Shown: piece after piece, positions 63,598 through 64,000 of the stretch | Numbering within the stretch: the stretch's first letter is position 1 | Layout of the letters: each line of letters opens with the position of its first letter | Assembly (NCBI GenBank): GCA_964570795.1 | Contig: CAZMYZ010000001.1 | Coordinates: forward strand, 42,722 to 106,721 | DNA from: an uncultured Candidatus Saccharibacteria bacterium | GTDB taxonomy: Bacteria; Patescibacteriota; Minisyncoccia; Phycocordibacterales; UBA918 | Reading direction: 5' to 3' | DNA length: 64,000 bases | Notes under the pieces: model-generated | Databases searched by the model: none | Told to the model about the DNA's origin: nothing | The model's input: the letters and a program-made list of their open reading frames with translations, nothing else | Position numbers and translations under genes: made by a program

Positions 63598-64000
63598 AGA
63601 CGTAGATGTCTTCGAGTGCCTTTACGGCATCGCCTGCAGAGATGTTGTTTTGATGATAGCGAACGTTGGTGCAGTCACCAGCAGCCCAGATACCTTCTAC
63701 GCTCGTGCGCTGTGTCCATGGGTCGATAGTCACGCGATTGTATTCGTCGAGCGCAACGATGTCTTTTGCAAAGTCGGTGTTGGGGAGCATGCCGATTTCC
63801 ACAAAGATACCCCCTACGGTGAGGGTATGTGATTCGCCTTGTGCATCCTTGTATGTGAGTCCGTTCACAAATCCGTCACCAAGAATTTGTGTAGTTTCTG
63901 CACTCAAGATACCAGTCATATGGGGATGTGCGAGCACCTTTTCTACCGTGACGGGGTCTGCTTTATACATATCGGCACTGTTGAGAAGAGTGACGCTTTT
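63581..64000 (-). CDS. trxB: thioredoxin-disulfide reductase / FAD-dependent pyridine nucleotide-disulfide oxidoreductase (C-terminal part; 5' end beyond window)
   Basis: C-terminal GIWAAGDCT (FAD re-face motif) and a dimerisation region; the ORF runs off the window end. Confidence 0.65.
   Translation of the reverse strand, partial: KSVTLLNSADMYKADPVTVEKVLAHPHMTGILSAETTQILGDGFVNGLTYKDAQGESHTLTVGGIFVEIGMLPNTDFAKDIVALDEYNRVTIDPWTQRTSVEGIWAAGDCTNVRYHQNNISAGDAVKALEDIYVYVKTR

Overview
This 64-kb window looks like a compact bacterial chromosome at about 47% GC. The gene content and the reduced RNase P RNA are consistent with a small-genome lineage such as CPR/Patescibacteria, but that is an inference I cannot verify. 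Most of the window is housekeeping: groES-groEL, lepA, valS, tsaD, rnj, secG, nth, a mutY-like glycosylase, murJ, prmC, htpX, a family-5 ABC substrate-binding protein, an MFS transporter and an MsbA-like ABC exporter. Accessory content includes an IS200/RAYT-type Y1 transposase flanked by palindromic hairpins, a GH1 beta-glucosidase - DMT - GH-A glycan operon, a divergent pair of ATP-grasp ligases, and a complete NAD-salvage island (nrtR-nadM-nadV divergent from pnuC-nadR) with palindromic NrtR-type boxes. Small modules include LemA - MazG-like - DUF2207, Hsp20 - PrsW, and several accessory stretches of small hypothetical proteins. RNA genes I can support are RNase P RNA (~38.4 kb) and six tRNAs: Ser-GGA, Arg-CCU, Phe-GAA, Val-GAC, Glu-UUC and Ser-CGA. 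The most unusual signal is non-coding and sits around the tRNA genes. About 125-150-bp elements carrying a conserved GAACATTACATGTTC palindrome are inserted next to the 3' ends of tRNA-Ser(GGA) and tRNA-Val(GAC), each followed by a duplicated tRNA 3' half. A conserved two-hairpin trailer module plus an ~85-bp dispersed repeat follows tRNA-Val and tRNA-Glu. Tandem degenerate 5' copies precede tRNA-Phe. A ~130-bp inverted repeat pair with compensatory hairpin substitutions brackets 12 kb (valS through tRNA-Ser-CGA). I found no CRISPR array, reverse transcriptase, tmRNA or rRNA.
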